Positions 27,621 to 37,551 of a DNA stretch of 64,000 bases are shown here, piece after piece. Location: positions 5,555 through 69,554 of the forward strand of contig DATJUQ010000027.1 in the NCBI GenBank assembly GCA_035502235.1, written 5' to 3'. Below the pieces are notes generated by a model. That model was not told where the DNA came from and did no database searches. It worked only from the letters and a program-made list of their open reading frames with translations. The DNA comes from Allosphingosinicella sp. GTDB taxonomy: Bacteria; Pseudomonadota; Alphaproteobacteria; Sphingomonadales; Sphingomonadaceae. Position 1 is the first letter of the stretch; every line of letters starts with the position of its first letter. Made by a program: the position numbers and the translations under genes.

Positions 27621-30134
27621 ATGTGGCGTAACTATATGACCGTCGGCATCCGGGCGCTGACCAAGAACCGGACCTATGCCTTCATCAACATCGCCGGCCT
27701 CGCCATCGGCCTCGCCGCCTGCCTGATGCTGCTCCTCTACGTGCGCTACGAGACCGATTACGACAATTGGATCCCGCACGCCGAGGACACCTACCAGTTC
27801 CAGACCTATTATCGCGACCCGCAGACGGACGAGCGCAACGACCTGCAAATGTCCTCCTACGTCTCCGGCGAGCGGCTGAAGGCCGATTTCCGGGGCGAGA
27901 TCGAGGCCAGCGTCTACGTCCAGGCCAGCAGCGCCACCGTGACCCGCAACGGCGAGGCGCTGCAGGTCGACAATGTCGGCTATGTGAACGGGCCCTTCTT
28001 CGACACGATCGCGCTGCCGCTCGCCGCCGGCGACCCGCGCAGCGCGCTCGCCAATCCCGGCTCGATGGTGCTCACCGAGACCGAGGCCAACCGGCTGTTC
28101 GGCCGCACCGACGTGATCGGCCAGCAGGTGACCATCGTCGTGCGCGGCCGGCCGGTGGACCATCGCGTCACCGGCGTGCTGCGCGACCTGCCGCGCAATT
28201 CGCACATGCGCTTCTCGATGCTCGTCCGGGTCGATCCGACCGCCTGGTATGCCGAGATGCAGCAGTTCATGACCGCCTGGGGCTGGCAGGGCGGGTGGAA
28301 TTACGTCCGCCTGCGTCCCGGCACCGATCCGGCGACGATCAACAGCCGCCTGCCGGCCTGGGAAGAGCGCAACATCCCCGACCAGAATTTCGGCGGCCAG
28401 GTCACCAATCCTGGCGACTTCAGCGACTATGCGCTGGTCAACGTCCGCGACGTCCACCTGGGCCGCGCCCAGTCCGGCAGCTGGACGCCGGGCAACGACA
28501 CCAGCACGATCTGGACCTTCACGATCATCGCCTTCCTGATCCTGGGCATGGCCTGCGTGAACTTCACCAACCTCGCCACCGCCCGCGCCAGCCAGCGCGC
28601 CAGGGAGGTGGCCCTGCGCAAGGTGCTCGGCGCGAGCCGGCGCCAGCTGGTCACCCAGTTCCTCGCCGAATCCGTGCTGATCGCCTGCATCGCCATGCTG
28701 CTCGCCCTCGCCATGGTGGAGCTGCTGCTGCCGGCCTTTTCGGGCTTCCTCGAGGCCGACCTGAACATGACCTATTTCGGCAGCGGCGGCATGCTGCTTC
28801 CGATCCTGGGCCTGACCCTGCTGGTCGGCGCGGCGGGCGGCCTCTATCCGGCTTTCTACCTCTCCCGCTTCCAGCCGGCGCAGATCCTGAAGGCGAACAA
28901 GTCGTCCAGCGAGGCGTCCGGCTCCGGCCTGCTGCGCAACGTCCTGGTCGTCGCCCAGTTCGCCGTGTCGATCGGGCTGATCATCTGCACGGCCGTGGTC
29001 TGGGCGCAGACCAGCTACGCCCGCAGCGCCGATCCCGGCTACAGCCGCGACGGCCTGCTGCAGATCGAGGGGATCAGCCGGCGCCAGGTGATCCCGCTCC
29101 AGGCCGCGATGCAGCGCGAGATCGCGCGCCTGCCCGGCGTGGCCGGCGTCGGCCGCACCACGATCGGCGTCGCCACCCAGAACAGCACCAATACCGGCAT
29201 CGTCATCCCCGGCCAGGAGCTGCCCGTCGGCATCGGCATCTATTCGGTCGACCACGATTTCTTCCGGACGATGAACATCCGGCTGGTCGCGGGCCGCAGC
29301 TTCGATCGCAACCGGCCGATGGACGACGCCACCTTGCCGGTGCTCGACGATCCCGCGGCGACCCGGGCGCAGATCGCGCGCGGCGGCGTCAACATCGTGA
29401 TCAACGAGCTCGCCGCCCGGCGCCTCGGCTTCGCCAACCCGGCCGACGCGGTCGGGCGCAGCTTCCGCGCGGCTTTGGCCGAGGAGGAGTTCGGCCTGGT
29501 CCCGGTCCACATCATCGGCGTCGTCCAGGATTCGCGCTTCCGCTCGATCCGCGAGCCGATCGAGCCGATCATGTTCCGGGTCAGCGAGACCGACCCCTCC
29601 TACATGCTCGTCCGCATCGCGCCCGATGCCGATCCCGCCGCCGTGCGCGGCGCCGTCGAGGCGGTGTGGAAGCGGATGGTCTCCGACGCGCCCTTCGCCG
29701 CCGATTTCAGCGAGGACATCATCCTCGAACTGTACAAGGCGGAGGCGTCGCGGGCGAAGGTGTTCGCGGGCTTCGCGATGCTCGCGATCGTCATCGCCTG
29801 CCTGGGCCTGTTCGGCCTCGCCGCCTTCACCGCCGAGCGGCGGACGAAGGAGATCGGCATCCGCAAGGTGCTGGGCGCCAGAATCCGCGACATCGTGGGG
29901 CTGCTCGCCTGGCAATTCTCCAAGCCGGTGATCATCGCCATGCCCTTCGCCTGGGCCGCCGCCTGGTGGGCGATGAAGAGCTGGCTCGACACGTTCGACA
30001 CGCGCATCGACCTGGGGCCCGTGCCCTTCGTCGCCGCCGGGTTGCTCGCCCTCGCCATCGCGATCGGGACCATTGCCAGCCACGCCTTCAAGGTGGCGCG
30101 GGCCAATCCGATCCTCGCCCTGCGCTACGAATAG
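27621..30134 (+). CDS. ABC transporter permease (duplicated MacB_PCD/FtsX)
   Basis: INIAGLAIG, ACVNFTNLATARA..RAREVALRKVLGA, RRTKEIGIRKVLGA, NPILALRYE. Confidence 0.95.
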   Translation: MWRNYMTVGIRALTKNRTYAFINIAGLAIGLAACLMLLLYVRYETDYDNWIPHAEDTYQFQTYYRDPQTDERNDLQMSSYVSGERLKADFRGEIEASVYVQASSATVTRNGEALQVDNVGYVNGPFFDTIALPLAAGDPRSALANPGSMVLTETEANRLFGRTDVIGQQVTIVVRGRPVDHRVTGVLRDLPRNSHMRFSMLVRVDPTAWYAEMQQFMTAWGWQGGWNYVRLRPGTDPATINSRLPAWEERNIPDQNFGGQVTNPGDFSDYALVNVRDVHLGRAQSGSWTPGNDTSTIWTFTIIAFLILGMACVNFTNLATARASQRAREVALRKVLGASRRQLVTQFLAESVLIACIAMLLALAMVELLLPAFSGFLEADLNMTYFGSGGMLLPILGLTLLVGAAGGLYPAFYLSRFQPAQILKANKSSSEASGSGLLRNVLVVAQFAVSIGLIICTAVVWAQTSYARSADPGYSRDGLLQIEGISRRQVIPLQAAMQREIARLPGVAGVGRTTIGVATQNSTNTGIVIPGQELPVGIGIYSVDHDFFRTMNIRLVAGRSFDRNRPMDDATLPVLDDPAATRAQIARGGVNIVINELAARRLGFANPADAVGRSFRAALAEEEFGLVPVHIIGVVQDSRFRSIREPIEPIMFRVSETDPSYMLVRIAPDADPAAVRGAVEAVWKRMVSDAPFAADFSEDIILELYKAEASRAKVFAGFAMLAIVIACLGLFGLAAFTAERRTKEIGIRKVLGARIRDIVGLLAWQFSKPVIIAMPFAWAAAWWAMKSWLDTFDTRIDLGPVPFVAAGLLALAIAIGTIASHAFKVARANPILALRYE

Positions 30135-30250
30135 AGAAACGAAACAAGGACCCCCGGCATGGCCTTCGTCGAAGCCTCCCGTCTCTTGGTGGAAAAATCC
30201 GCCCGCGGGAGCCGCGACCGGGCCATGCCGGGCCACCGGGGAAAGCCAGC

Positions 30251-30484
30251 ATGAACACGACCCTCATCATCGCCGCGACCGCGCTCGCCATCACCGCCAC
30301 GATCTGCCTGGCCGCCATGCGGGCCTGGCGCGGTTGGCTCGACTATAAGAGGCTGGAGCTGGCCGCCCGCGCGGGCGGCGAGGCCGCCGGGGCGAGCGAG
30401 GAGGTCGGCGTGCGCATCGAGCTCGCCGCCGTGCGCGAGCGGCTGAAGAAGCTCGAGGCGATCGCCAGCGGCGTGGAGCTGTAG
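30251..30484 (+). CDS. Small single-TM coiled-coil protein, PspB-like
   Basis: N-terminal TM, then ELAAVRERLKKLEAIA, which resembles the PspB MRERIQALESIL tail. Confidence 0.55.
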   Translation: MNTTLIIAATALAITATICLAAMRAWRGWLDYKRLELAARAGGEAAGASEEVGVRIELAAVRERLKKLEAIASGVEL

Positions 30485-30524
30485 ACGCTCTTTCCTCGGC
30501 GCGCCGCTCGGCTATGCTGGCGCG

Positions 30525-30950
30525 ATGAGCGACAAGACAGACGAGCTGGGCCTGGCCTCGCGGCTGATCATCGGCGGGATCGCCGGCTTCGTCGCGACCC
30601 TGGCGATGACCTCCGCCTTGCGCCGCCGGCACGGCAAGGCCGCGCCCGAGGTGGACGCCGGCGCCGCGCCACGCCCACCCGCGTCCACCCCCGAGTTGAA
30701 ACTCGCCATGCATTTCGTCATCGGCGCGGGCTGCGGGGCGATGCTGGCCGCGGCCGATCCGCGCCTGGGCCGGGTCAACGGCGCGCTTGCCGGGGGCGGG
30801 CTCTGGCTCGCCTCGTCGATGGGCTGGCTGCCCGCCTTCGGGCCCGCGCGGCCGGGGATCGGCCAGCTCGGCGCGCATCTCGCCTGGGGCTGGTCGGCCG
30901 CCAAGGGGATGCGCGAACTCGCCAAGGCGCGGACCGCCTTGGCCGGATAA
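30525..30950 (+). CDS. Hypothetical membrane protein
   Basis: GGIAGFVATLAMT...HFVIGAG...HLAWG pattern. Confidence 0.65.
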   Translation: MSDKTDELGLASRLIIGGIAGFVATLAMTSALRRRHGKAAPEVDAGAAPRPPASTPELKLAMHFVIGAGCGAMLAAADPRLGRVNGALAGGGLWLASSMGWLPAFGPARPGIGQLGAHLAWGWSAAKGMRELAKARTALAG

Positions 30951-31023
30951 GCGACGGGCCGCGGAGCAAAGCGCGCGCTTGGGATTTCCTGGGGGACAGG
31001 GGTTCGGAGCGAGGAGTGGGTGC

Positions 31024-31296
31024 GTGGCGAGACTGATTGTGATGCGCAAGGGCGGGGGCGGCAAGGTCGCCGTCAATCCCGATTTGGTCAGCCATGTCCG
31101 CTCCGCCAGCGCCGCTTACACCGACATCTTCTTCGAGGGTCAGCAGGTCGCGGTGGAGGGCTCGTTCGAGGAGGTCGTCGCCCGCCTGACCGTGCCCGAG
31201 CGCTGGCCGGGCGAGCCGGCGGCGCGGCGGGACGCGCAGGGCGAGGCGCGCCACGATCCGGACGGCGGCTTCATCTTCGGCCGGGTTGAGCGGTAG
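31024..31296 (+). CDS. Small hypothetical protein, FlbD/SwrD-like
   Basis: GTG after GAGGAG; VAVNPDLVSHV...TDIFF...VAVEGSFEEVVARL. Confidence 0.5.
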   Translation: MARLIVMRKGGGGKVAVNPDLVSHVRSASAAYTDIFFEGQQVAVEGSFEEVVARLTVPERWPGEPAARRDAQGEARHDPDGGFIFGRVER

Positions 31297-31345
31297 GGGG
31301 CGTCGCCGGCGGCCAGAATAGGCTCCATTCGGGTTGATCCGGGCT

Positions 31346-31428
31346 CCGTTCGCCCTGAGCCTGTCGAAGGGCCTTCTTTCTCGTACACGAAAGGAAGGAT
31401 GGGGCTTCGACAAGCTCAGCCCGAACGG
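31346..31428. repeat. REP doublet, family C
   Basis: ccgttcgccctgagcctgtcgaaggg...cttcgacaagctcagcccgaacgg. Confidence 0.85.
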
Positions 31429-31691
31429 GTGGGAGATTCAACCGAGTGACGTCAACTCCGCGCGACGTCGACGCGGCGCGGCTCCCCCGGATCGGGGTGT
31501 CATGGCCGGCCTGACCTTCGCTGGGACGCCTCCCGGCACTCTGCGTCGCGGAGGTGTGGAGACTCTGCCACACCCGCCCGGAAACTGAACGCCCTTTCAA
31601 CTTGAACATTGACTCAGGTTTCGGGTGGGGCGAAGAGCCGCCCGTAACCGCAGAACCCCGAACAGGGGCGCGCGCGGGCTTGGGAGGGATT

Positions 31692-32534
31692 TTGCAGAGC
31701 TTCACCGCATCGGACGGCGCCAGCATCGCCTATCGCGATTCCGGTCGCGGCACGCCCATCGTGCTGCTGCACGGGCTGATGGCGCATGCGGGCTTCTTCG
31801 CGGGGCAGGCCGCTTTGGCCGCGGAATTCCGGATCGTCGCGATCGACCTGCGCGGCCATGGCGCCTCCGTCTCCGGGGCGGCCGACGCGCCGACCGTCGA
31901 GCGGATGGCGGCGGACGTCGCCGAGCTGGCCGCCGCGCTCGACCTCGAGGGCGCGATCGGGGTCGGCTGGTCGCTCGGCGCCACCATCCTCTGGCACGTC
32001 CTCGCCGGCCCCGCCGCCGGCCGCTTCGCCGGCGCGGTCGTGGTCGACATGACCGCCCGGGTGAAGAATGACGCCGAATGGGATCTCGGCCTCTCGCCCG
32101 AGGCCTGCGAGGCGCGCAGCCTCGCCATCCAGGACGATTTCGAGACCTTCGCGCTCACCGCCGGCCAGGCGATCTTCGCGCAGCCGGTGGCGCCGGCGCA
32201 TCGCAAGCTCGCCGACTGGGCCAGCCTCGAATTCGCCCGCAACGACGCCGGCGCCATCGCATCGGTCTGGGCGAGCCTGGTCCGCCAGGACGTGCGCGCC
32301 TTGCTGGAGCGGATCCAGCACCCGACCCTGATCGTCCATGGCGGCCGGAGCGAGCTCTATGGGGACGACACGGCCGACCATCTGGTCGCGGCCTTGCCCC
32401 ATGCCCGCGCCGTCCGCTTCGCCGATTCCGGCCACGCCCCGCATCTCGAGGAGCCGGACCTGTTCAACGCCACCCTGAAGGATTTCGCGGACCGGCTGTC
32501 CCTGGCCCGCACCCACCAGAATTCGAATTCGTGA
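31692..32534 (+). CDS. Alpha/beta hydrolase (non-heme haloperoxidase/esterase-like)
   Basis: TTG start after GGGAGGG; LLHG, DLRGHG, GWSLGA, SGHAPHLEEP. Confidence 0.88.
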   Translation: MQSFTASDGASIAYRDSGRGTPIVLLHGLMAHAGFFAGQAALAAEFRIVAIDLRGHGASVSGAADAPTVERMAADVAELAAALDLEGAIGVGWSLGATILWHVLAGPAAGRFAGAVVVDMTARVKNDAEWDLGLSPEACEARSLAIQDDFETFALTAGQAIFAQPVAPAHRKLADWASLEFARNDAGAIASVWASLVRQDVRALLERIQHPTLIVHGGRSELYGDDTADHLVAALPHARAVRFADSGHAPHLEEPDLFNATLKDFADRLSLARTHQNSNS

Positions 32535-32545
32535 GGAGACACGTC

Positions 32546-34837
32546 ATGAAGACCAACATGCTGAAACTTGGCACCGCGTTCGTCGCGCTGACCGCCTTTG
32601 CCGGCCCCGCTTTCGCCCAGGACGCGCCGGCCCCGGCGACCGACATCGTCGACCAGAGCCAGCAGGATCTGGGCGCGGCCGACCAGGAGGTGACCGTCAC
32701 CGCCCGCCGCACCGAGGAGAATCTGCAGAACGTGCCGGCCTCGGTCAGCGCCTTCTCCGAGCGCAGCCTCGAGCGCATCCAGGCGACCGACCCGACCGGC
32801 CTGCAGGGCGCGGTGCCCAACCTCAACATCGTCCAGGGCCGCGGCTCCTCCAACGCCACCAACATCTACATTCGCGGCATCGGCCAGCCGGACGCGCTGC
32901 AGACCTTCGACCCGGCGGTCGGCGTCTATGTCGACGGCGTCTATTACAGCCGCATCCGCGGCACCCAGTTCGACCTGCTCGACCTGCAGCGCGTCGAGGT
33001 GCTGCGCGGTCCGCAGGGCACGCTCTACGGCAAGAACACGATCGGCGGCGCGCTCAGCTTCGTCACCCGCCGGCCCGGCGACGAGCTGCGCGCCAACCTG
33101 ACCGCGACCTACGGTTCCTACGACCAGATGGAGCTGCGCGGCGCCATTTCCGGCCCGATCACCGAGGGCCTCGCCATCGGCATCGCCGCCTTGCACGCCG
33201 AGCGCGACGGCTATGTCCAGGACGCGGTGCTCGACCGCGAATATAACAACCGCAACACCGAGGCCGTGCGCGGCGCGATCGCGATCACGCCCTCCGACCG
33301 GTTCCGCATCGACATCACCGCCGATTATTCCGAGGACGACGCGGCGCTGACCGTCGGCCAGCCGCTCAACTCGCTCACCTACCTGATCGGCGGCGGCACC
33401 GCGCTGGTGCTGCCGACCAACCCGACCACCTACGATTATACCGGCCGGACCACGCCGAGCCTGCCCAATTCGACGCAGCTGCGTCACTGGGGCACCTCGG
33501 CGAACGTCGCCTTCGACGTGACGCCGGAGCTGACCCTGCGCTCGATCACCGCCTATCGCGAGCTCGACACGGACGATTATGTCGACATCGACGCGACCCA
33601 GCTCGAGATCGGCGACGTCTTCGTCGGCGTCGACCAGAACCAGCTCAGCCAGGAATTCCAGCTCGCCTATACGGGCGAGCGGCTGACCGCCGTCGCCGGC
33701 CTCTATTATCTGCGCGAGCACATCATCTCGCACCAGGAGGCCTATGCCGACGACCTGGTCGGGCCGCTGCTCGGCAACCCGACCTTCCTGCGCACGATCG
33801 ACGACGACCTCGTCACCAAGAGCTACGCCGCTTATGCGAATCTCAGCTTCGCGGTGACCCCGGAGCTGCGCATCTCGGTCGGCGGCCGCTATACGAGCGA
33901 GGAGAAGGACTATTTCCGCACCACCTCGACCTTCTCGACCAGCCCGCTGCTGACCAGCGTCGCGCCCTTCCAGTTCATCGCCAACGACACCTGGAATGAT
34001 TTCTCGCCGATGGCGACGATCGACTATCAGTTCGCCCCGAACGCGATGGTCTATGCGCGCTTCGCCACCGGCTTCAAATCGGGCGGCTTCAACGGCCGCG
34101 CCAATTCGCCGACCGAGCGCACCCAATATGAGCCGGAAGAGGTGAACAGCTACGAGATCGGCGTGCGCTCGACGATCGCCGGCCAGCTGCGCCTCAACGT
34201 CACCGCCTTCTACAACGACTATAAGAACTTCCAGGCGCGCGTCTCCGGCACCGGCCTCGATCCGGTCACCAACCTGCCCGCGCCGGTGCTGTCGGTGATC
34301 AATGCCGGCGCGCTCGACATCAAGGGCATCGAGGTGGAGGCGGCCTGGACGCCGCTGCCCGGCCTGCTGTTCGACACGCAGATCGGCTATCTCCACGCCG
34401 AATATGACGAGTTCCTCGACGCCCGCTTCCCGGGCGGCAGCCGCGCCTTCCAGCGGCCGGCCTTCGCGCCGCGCTGGACCTGGCGGATCGGCGGCCAATA
34501 TGAGGCCAATATGGGCGAGACCGGCTTCCTGACCTTCGGGGGCCAGCTGCGCTACCGCTCGCTGACCGCGCTCGCCGTCGACAACACCTATATCAACGGC
34601 CTGGTCGGCACGACCGCACCGGTCGAGGGGCTGTTCCAGGACGGCTATGCGCTGGTCGACGCGCGCATGGTCTACGAGACCGCCGACCGCCGCTGGAATA
34701 TCGGCCTCTACGCCAACAACATCTTCGACAAGGCGTACAAGACGGACGGCCAGGACTTCTCCTCGATCGGCAGCATCCGCACCGTCTATTACGGCGCCCC
34801 GCGGACGCTGATGGTCCGCGCCGGCGTGCGCTTCTGA
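32546..34837 (+). CDS. TonB-dependent receptor
   Basis: Signal peptide, VTVTARR plug, EVLRGPQGTLYGKN, terminal VRF. Confidence 0.95.
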   Translation: MKTNMLKLGTAFVALTAFAGPAFAQDAPAPATDIVDQSQQDLGAADQEVTVTARRTEENLQNVPASVSAFSERSLERIQATDPTGLQGAVPNLNIVQGRGSSNATNIYIRGIGQPDALQTFDPAVGVYVDGVYYSRIRGTQFDLLDLQRVEVLRGPQGTLYGKNTIGGALSFVTRRPGDELRANLTATYGSYDQMELRGAISGPITEGLAIGIAALHAERDGYVQDAVLDREYNNRNTEAVRGAIAITPSDRFRIDITADYSEDDAALTVGQPLNSLTYLIGGGTALVLPTNPTTYDYTGRTTPSLPNSTQLRHWGTSANVAFDVTPELTLRSITAYRELDTDDYVDIDATQLEIGDVFVGVDQNQLSQEFQLAYTGERLTAVAGLYYLREHIISHQEAYADDLVGPLLGNPTFLRTIDDDLVTKSYAAYANLSFAVTPELRISVGGRYTSEEKDYFRTTSTFSTSPLLTSVAPFQFIANDTWNDFSPMATIDYQFAPNAMVYARFATGFKSGGFNGRANSPTERTQYEPEEVNSYEIGVRSTIAGQLRLNVTAFYNDYKNFQARVSGTGLDPVTNLPAPVLSVINAGALDIKGIEVEAAWTPLPGLLFDTQIGYLHAEYDEFLDARFPGGSRAFQRPAFAPRWTWRIGGQYEANMGETGFLTFGGQLRYRSLTALAVDNTYINGLVGTTAPVEGLFQDGYALVDARMVYETADRRWNIGLYANNIFDKAYKTDGQDFSSIGSIRTVYYGAPRTLMVRAGVRF

Positions 34838-34845
34838 GGACTGAA

Positions 34846-34951
34846 CCCTCCCCCTCGAGGGGGAGGGCAGGGTGAGGGTGTTCGGCGTTCGGGATCGTCC
34901 TCGGCCGCCGCGCCCCCTCACCCCATCCCTCTCCCCGCCGGGGAGAGGGGG
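34846..34951. repeat. REP doublet, family E (CCCTCCCCCTCGAGGGGGAGGG / CCCTCTCCCC..GGGGAGAGGG)
   Basis: Two hairpins; a related single hairpin lies at about 14840-14863. Confidence 0.7.
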
Positions 34952-34988
34952 ATTGCGGCCGGATGGCCGATCTGATTTCAGCGGGACC

Positions 34989-36281
34989 ATGAGCATGACG
35001 GACAGCGGCGCCCAGGGATCGAAGGTCGGCACGCGGGTCCTGCTCGTCCTGCTGCTCGCCTATATCTTCAACTTCGTCGACCGGCAGATCATCGGCATCC
35101 TCGCCGTGCCGATCAAGGCGGAGTTCGGGGTCGACGACCGGACGCTCTCCCTGCTCGGCGTCGTCTTCGGGCTGTTCTACGCGACCGTCGCCATCCCCAT
35201 CGCCTGGCTGGCCGACCGCCGGTCGCGGGTGACCATCATCGCCGGCGCGATCGGGCTGTGGAGCCTGTTCACCGCCGCCTGCGGCCTCGCCCAGAATTTT
35301 TTCCAGCTCGTGCTGGCGCGGATGGGCGTCGCGTTCGGCGAGGCGGGCGGGATCGCGCCTTCCTACGCGCTGATCGCGGACTTCTTCCCCAAGTCGCGGC
35401 GGGCGCGGGCCATGGCCTTCTTCTCGCTGGGCATCCCGATCGGCTCGGCGCTCGGCATCTTCTTCGGCGGCTGGCTTGCCGCGACGCTCGACTGGCGCGC
35501 GGCCTTCCTGATCGTCGGCCTCGCCGGCCTGCCCGTCGCTTTGCTGGTCCGGTTCGCCATTCCCGAGCCGGTCCGGGGCGGGCTGGACGCGCCGGCCGCC
35601 GCGCCCGCGGACGCCGCCGCGCCGCCTCCATCGGCACCGTCCTTCCGCGAGGCCGCCGGCGCCTTCATGCGCAAGCCGAGCTTCTGGCTGCTCTCCTTCG
35701 GCGCCGCCTCGGGCTCGATCCTCGGCTACGGCCTCGGCTTCTGGCTGCCCAGCCTGTTCACCCGCAGCTTCGGCCTCGCGCCCGCGGACGTGGGCTGGTT
35801 CTACGGCTCGATCGCCCTGGTCGGCGGCGTCTCCGGCACCTGGCTCGGGGGTTGGCTCGGCGACAGGCTCGGCGCGGCGCGGCCGGGCGCCTATGCGCTG
35901 ATCCCCGCAATCTGCTTCCTGATCACCGCGCCCGCCTTCGCGCTCGGCCTGTTCGCGCCGAACCTGTGGGTGGCGTGGCTGCTCTTCACCATCGGCCAGA
36001 TGACCGCTCTGGCCTGGCTGGGCCCGGTCATCTCCGCGGTCCAGCATATCGTCGCCCCGTCGATGCGCGCGACCACCTCGGCCAGCTTCCTGTTCGTCAA
36101 CAATCTGATCGGCATTGCCTTCGGCATCTACGTGCTCGGCTGGATGTCGGACGGGCTCCGGGCGGTCTACGGCGCGGAGAGCCTCAAATATTCGATCCTC
36201 TACGGCCTCGGCTTCTATCTGCTCAGCGCCGGCTTCTACTTCGTCGCCTCGCGCCGGCTGGCGAAGGACTGGGTGGGCTGA
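34989..36281 (+). CDS. MFS transporter (spinster-like)
   Basis: FNFVDRQII, LADRRSR, RMGVAFGEAG...IADFFP..RRA.AM; 12 TM. Confidence 0.92.
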   Translation: MSMTDSGAQGSKVGTRVLLVLLLAYIFNFVDRQIIGILAVPIKAEFGVDDRTLSLLGVVFGLFYATVAIPIAWLADRRSRVTIIAGAIGLWSLFTAACGLAQNFFQLVLARMGVAFGEAGGIAPSYALIADFFPKSRRARAMAFFSLGIPIGSALGIFFGGWLAATLDWRAAFLIVGLAGLPVALLVRFAIPEPVRGGLDAPAAAPADAAAPPPSAPSFREAAGAFMRKPSFWLLSFGAASGSILGYGLGFWLPSLFTRSFGLAPADVGWFYGSIALVGGVSGTWLGGWLGDRLGAARPGAYALIPAICFLITAPAFALGLFAPNLWVAWLLFTIGQMTALAWLGPVISAVQHIVAPSMRATTSASFLFVNNLIGIAFGIYVLGWMSDGLRAVYGAESLKYSILYGLGFYLLSAGFYFVASRRLAKDWVG

Positions 36282-36311
36282 CCGGCACGGATCGGCTATG
36301 GTCGATCCGCG

Positions 36312-36704
36312 ATGACCTCATTGCTCCTCCTGGCGTTCGCGCTGGCGGGCGCGCAACCGCCGCCCGCGCCGGTGACGGCACCCGAGCCGCCGCGCCAGCT
36401 GTTCCTGCTCCTGTTCCGCCCGGGCCCCGCCTGGCGCGCGGGCGTGCCGATGGCGCAGCAGGATCTGCGCGACCATGCCGCTTATCATGCCCGCCTGGTC
36501 CGGGAGGGCCGGAGCGTGGCCGGCGGCGGCTATGTCGGCATCGAGGGCGGGATGGCGATCGTCCGCGCCGCGGACCGAGCCGAGGCCGAAGCGATGCTCG
36601 CCGCCGACCCCGCCATCCGCAACGGGGTCTTCGCCGCGGACCTCCGCCAATGGACCCCGCGCTTCCACAGCGACGCGCCTCTGGTGGAGCGACCGCGCCC
36701 CTAG
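36312..36704 (+). CDS. YciI/YCII-related protein with signal peptide
   Basis: HAAYHARL...GG...GGMAIVRA.DRAEA......DP.IRNGVF. Confidence 0.75.
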   Translation: MTSLLLLAFALAGAQPPPAPVTAPEPPRQLFLLLFRPGPAWRAGVPMAQQDLRDHAAYHARLVREGRSVAGGGYVGIEGGMAIVRAADRAEAEAMLAADPAIRNGVFAADLRQWTPRFHSDAPLVERPRP

Positions 36705-37519
36705 GTCGCGAAGCTCGGATCGAGCCGGTAGGCCTTCCGCAGCAAAGCCGGCCAGGCGAGGAAGTTGGCGCCCATCTTGAGGCTCGCCTTGCCCTGCTGG
36801 GCGGCGATCTCGGGGGCGCCCTGGGGCGGGTTGTTGAGATTGCCGGCGCCGGCGGTCAGCGCCATCACCTGCGCCTCGCAGGCGCGTTCCAGGAAATAGA
36901 GCTTCAGGAAGGCTTCGCCGACCGTCTCGCCGACGGTGAGCGTGCCGTGGTTGCGGAAGATCATCGCGCTCTTGTCGCCCAGATCGTGGACGATCCGCTC
37001 GCGCTCGGAGAGGTCGACGGCGACGCCCTCATAATCGTGATAGGCGATCTCGTCGCGGACCAGCATCGCGGTCTGGGTCAAAGGGAGCAGCCCCTCGGCA
37101 TGGGCGGAGACGGCCTGGCCGGCAGGGGTGTGGAGATGCATCACCGCATGGGCGTCCTCGCGCGCCATATGGAGGGCGCTGTGGATGGTGAAGCCCGCGG
37201 CATTGGTCATGAACGGGGTCGGCTCGACCGGCTGGCCGCTGGTGTCGACCTTGACCAGGCTGGAGGCGGTCACCTCCTCGAACATCAGCTGATAGGGATT
37301 GAGCAGGAAATGATGCTCCGGCCCCGGCACGCGGGCGGAGAGATGGGTGAAGATGAGATCGTCCCAGCCATAATGCGCGACCAGCCGGTAGGCGGCGGCG
37401 AGGTCGACGCGGATCTTCCACTCCTCGGCGCTGACCTTGTCCTGCATCGGCGGGATTTCGACATTGGCCAAGGCATGCGCCTCCACCATGCTCTTCGCGA
37501 GATTGTCGACGCGTCCCAT
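36701..37519 (-). CDS. Class II aldolase/adducin family protein
   Basis: THLSARVPG...LLNPY, GFTIHSALH, HLH, FRNHG. Confidence 0.92.
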   Translation of the reverse strand: MGRVDNLAKSMVEAHALANVEIPPMQDKVSAEEWKIRVDLAAAYRLVAHYGWDDLIFTHLSARVPGPEHHFLLNPYQLMFEEVTASSLVKVDTSGQPVEPTPFMTNAAGFTIHSALHMAREDAHAVMHLHTPAGQAVSAHAEGLLPLTQTAMLVRDEIAYHDYEGVAVDLSERERIVHDLGDKSAMIFRNHGTLTVGETVGEAFLKLYFLERACEAQVMALTAGAGNLNNPPQGAPEIAAQQGKASLKMGANFLAWPALLRKAYRLDPSFAT

Positions 37520-37551
37520 CCTTACCTCTCCCGGCCTTCGTGGGACCTGTC

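Noticed and set aside
31440-32545. Cobalamin or TPP riboswitch upstream of the TonB-dependent receptor operon
   Set aside because: No B12-box or TPP core motifs are recognisable. Kept only as an unclassified structured region.
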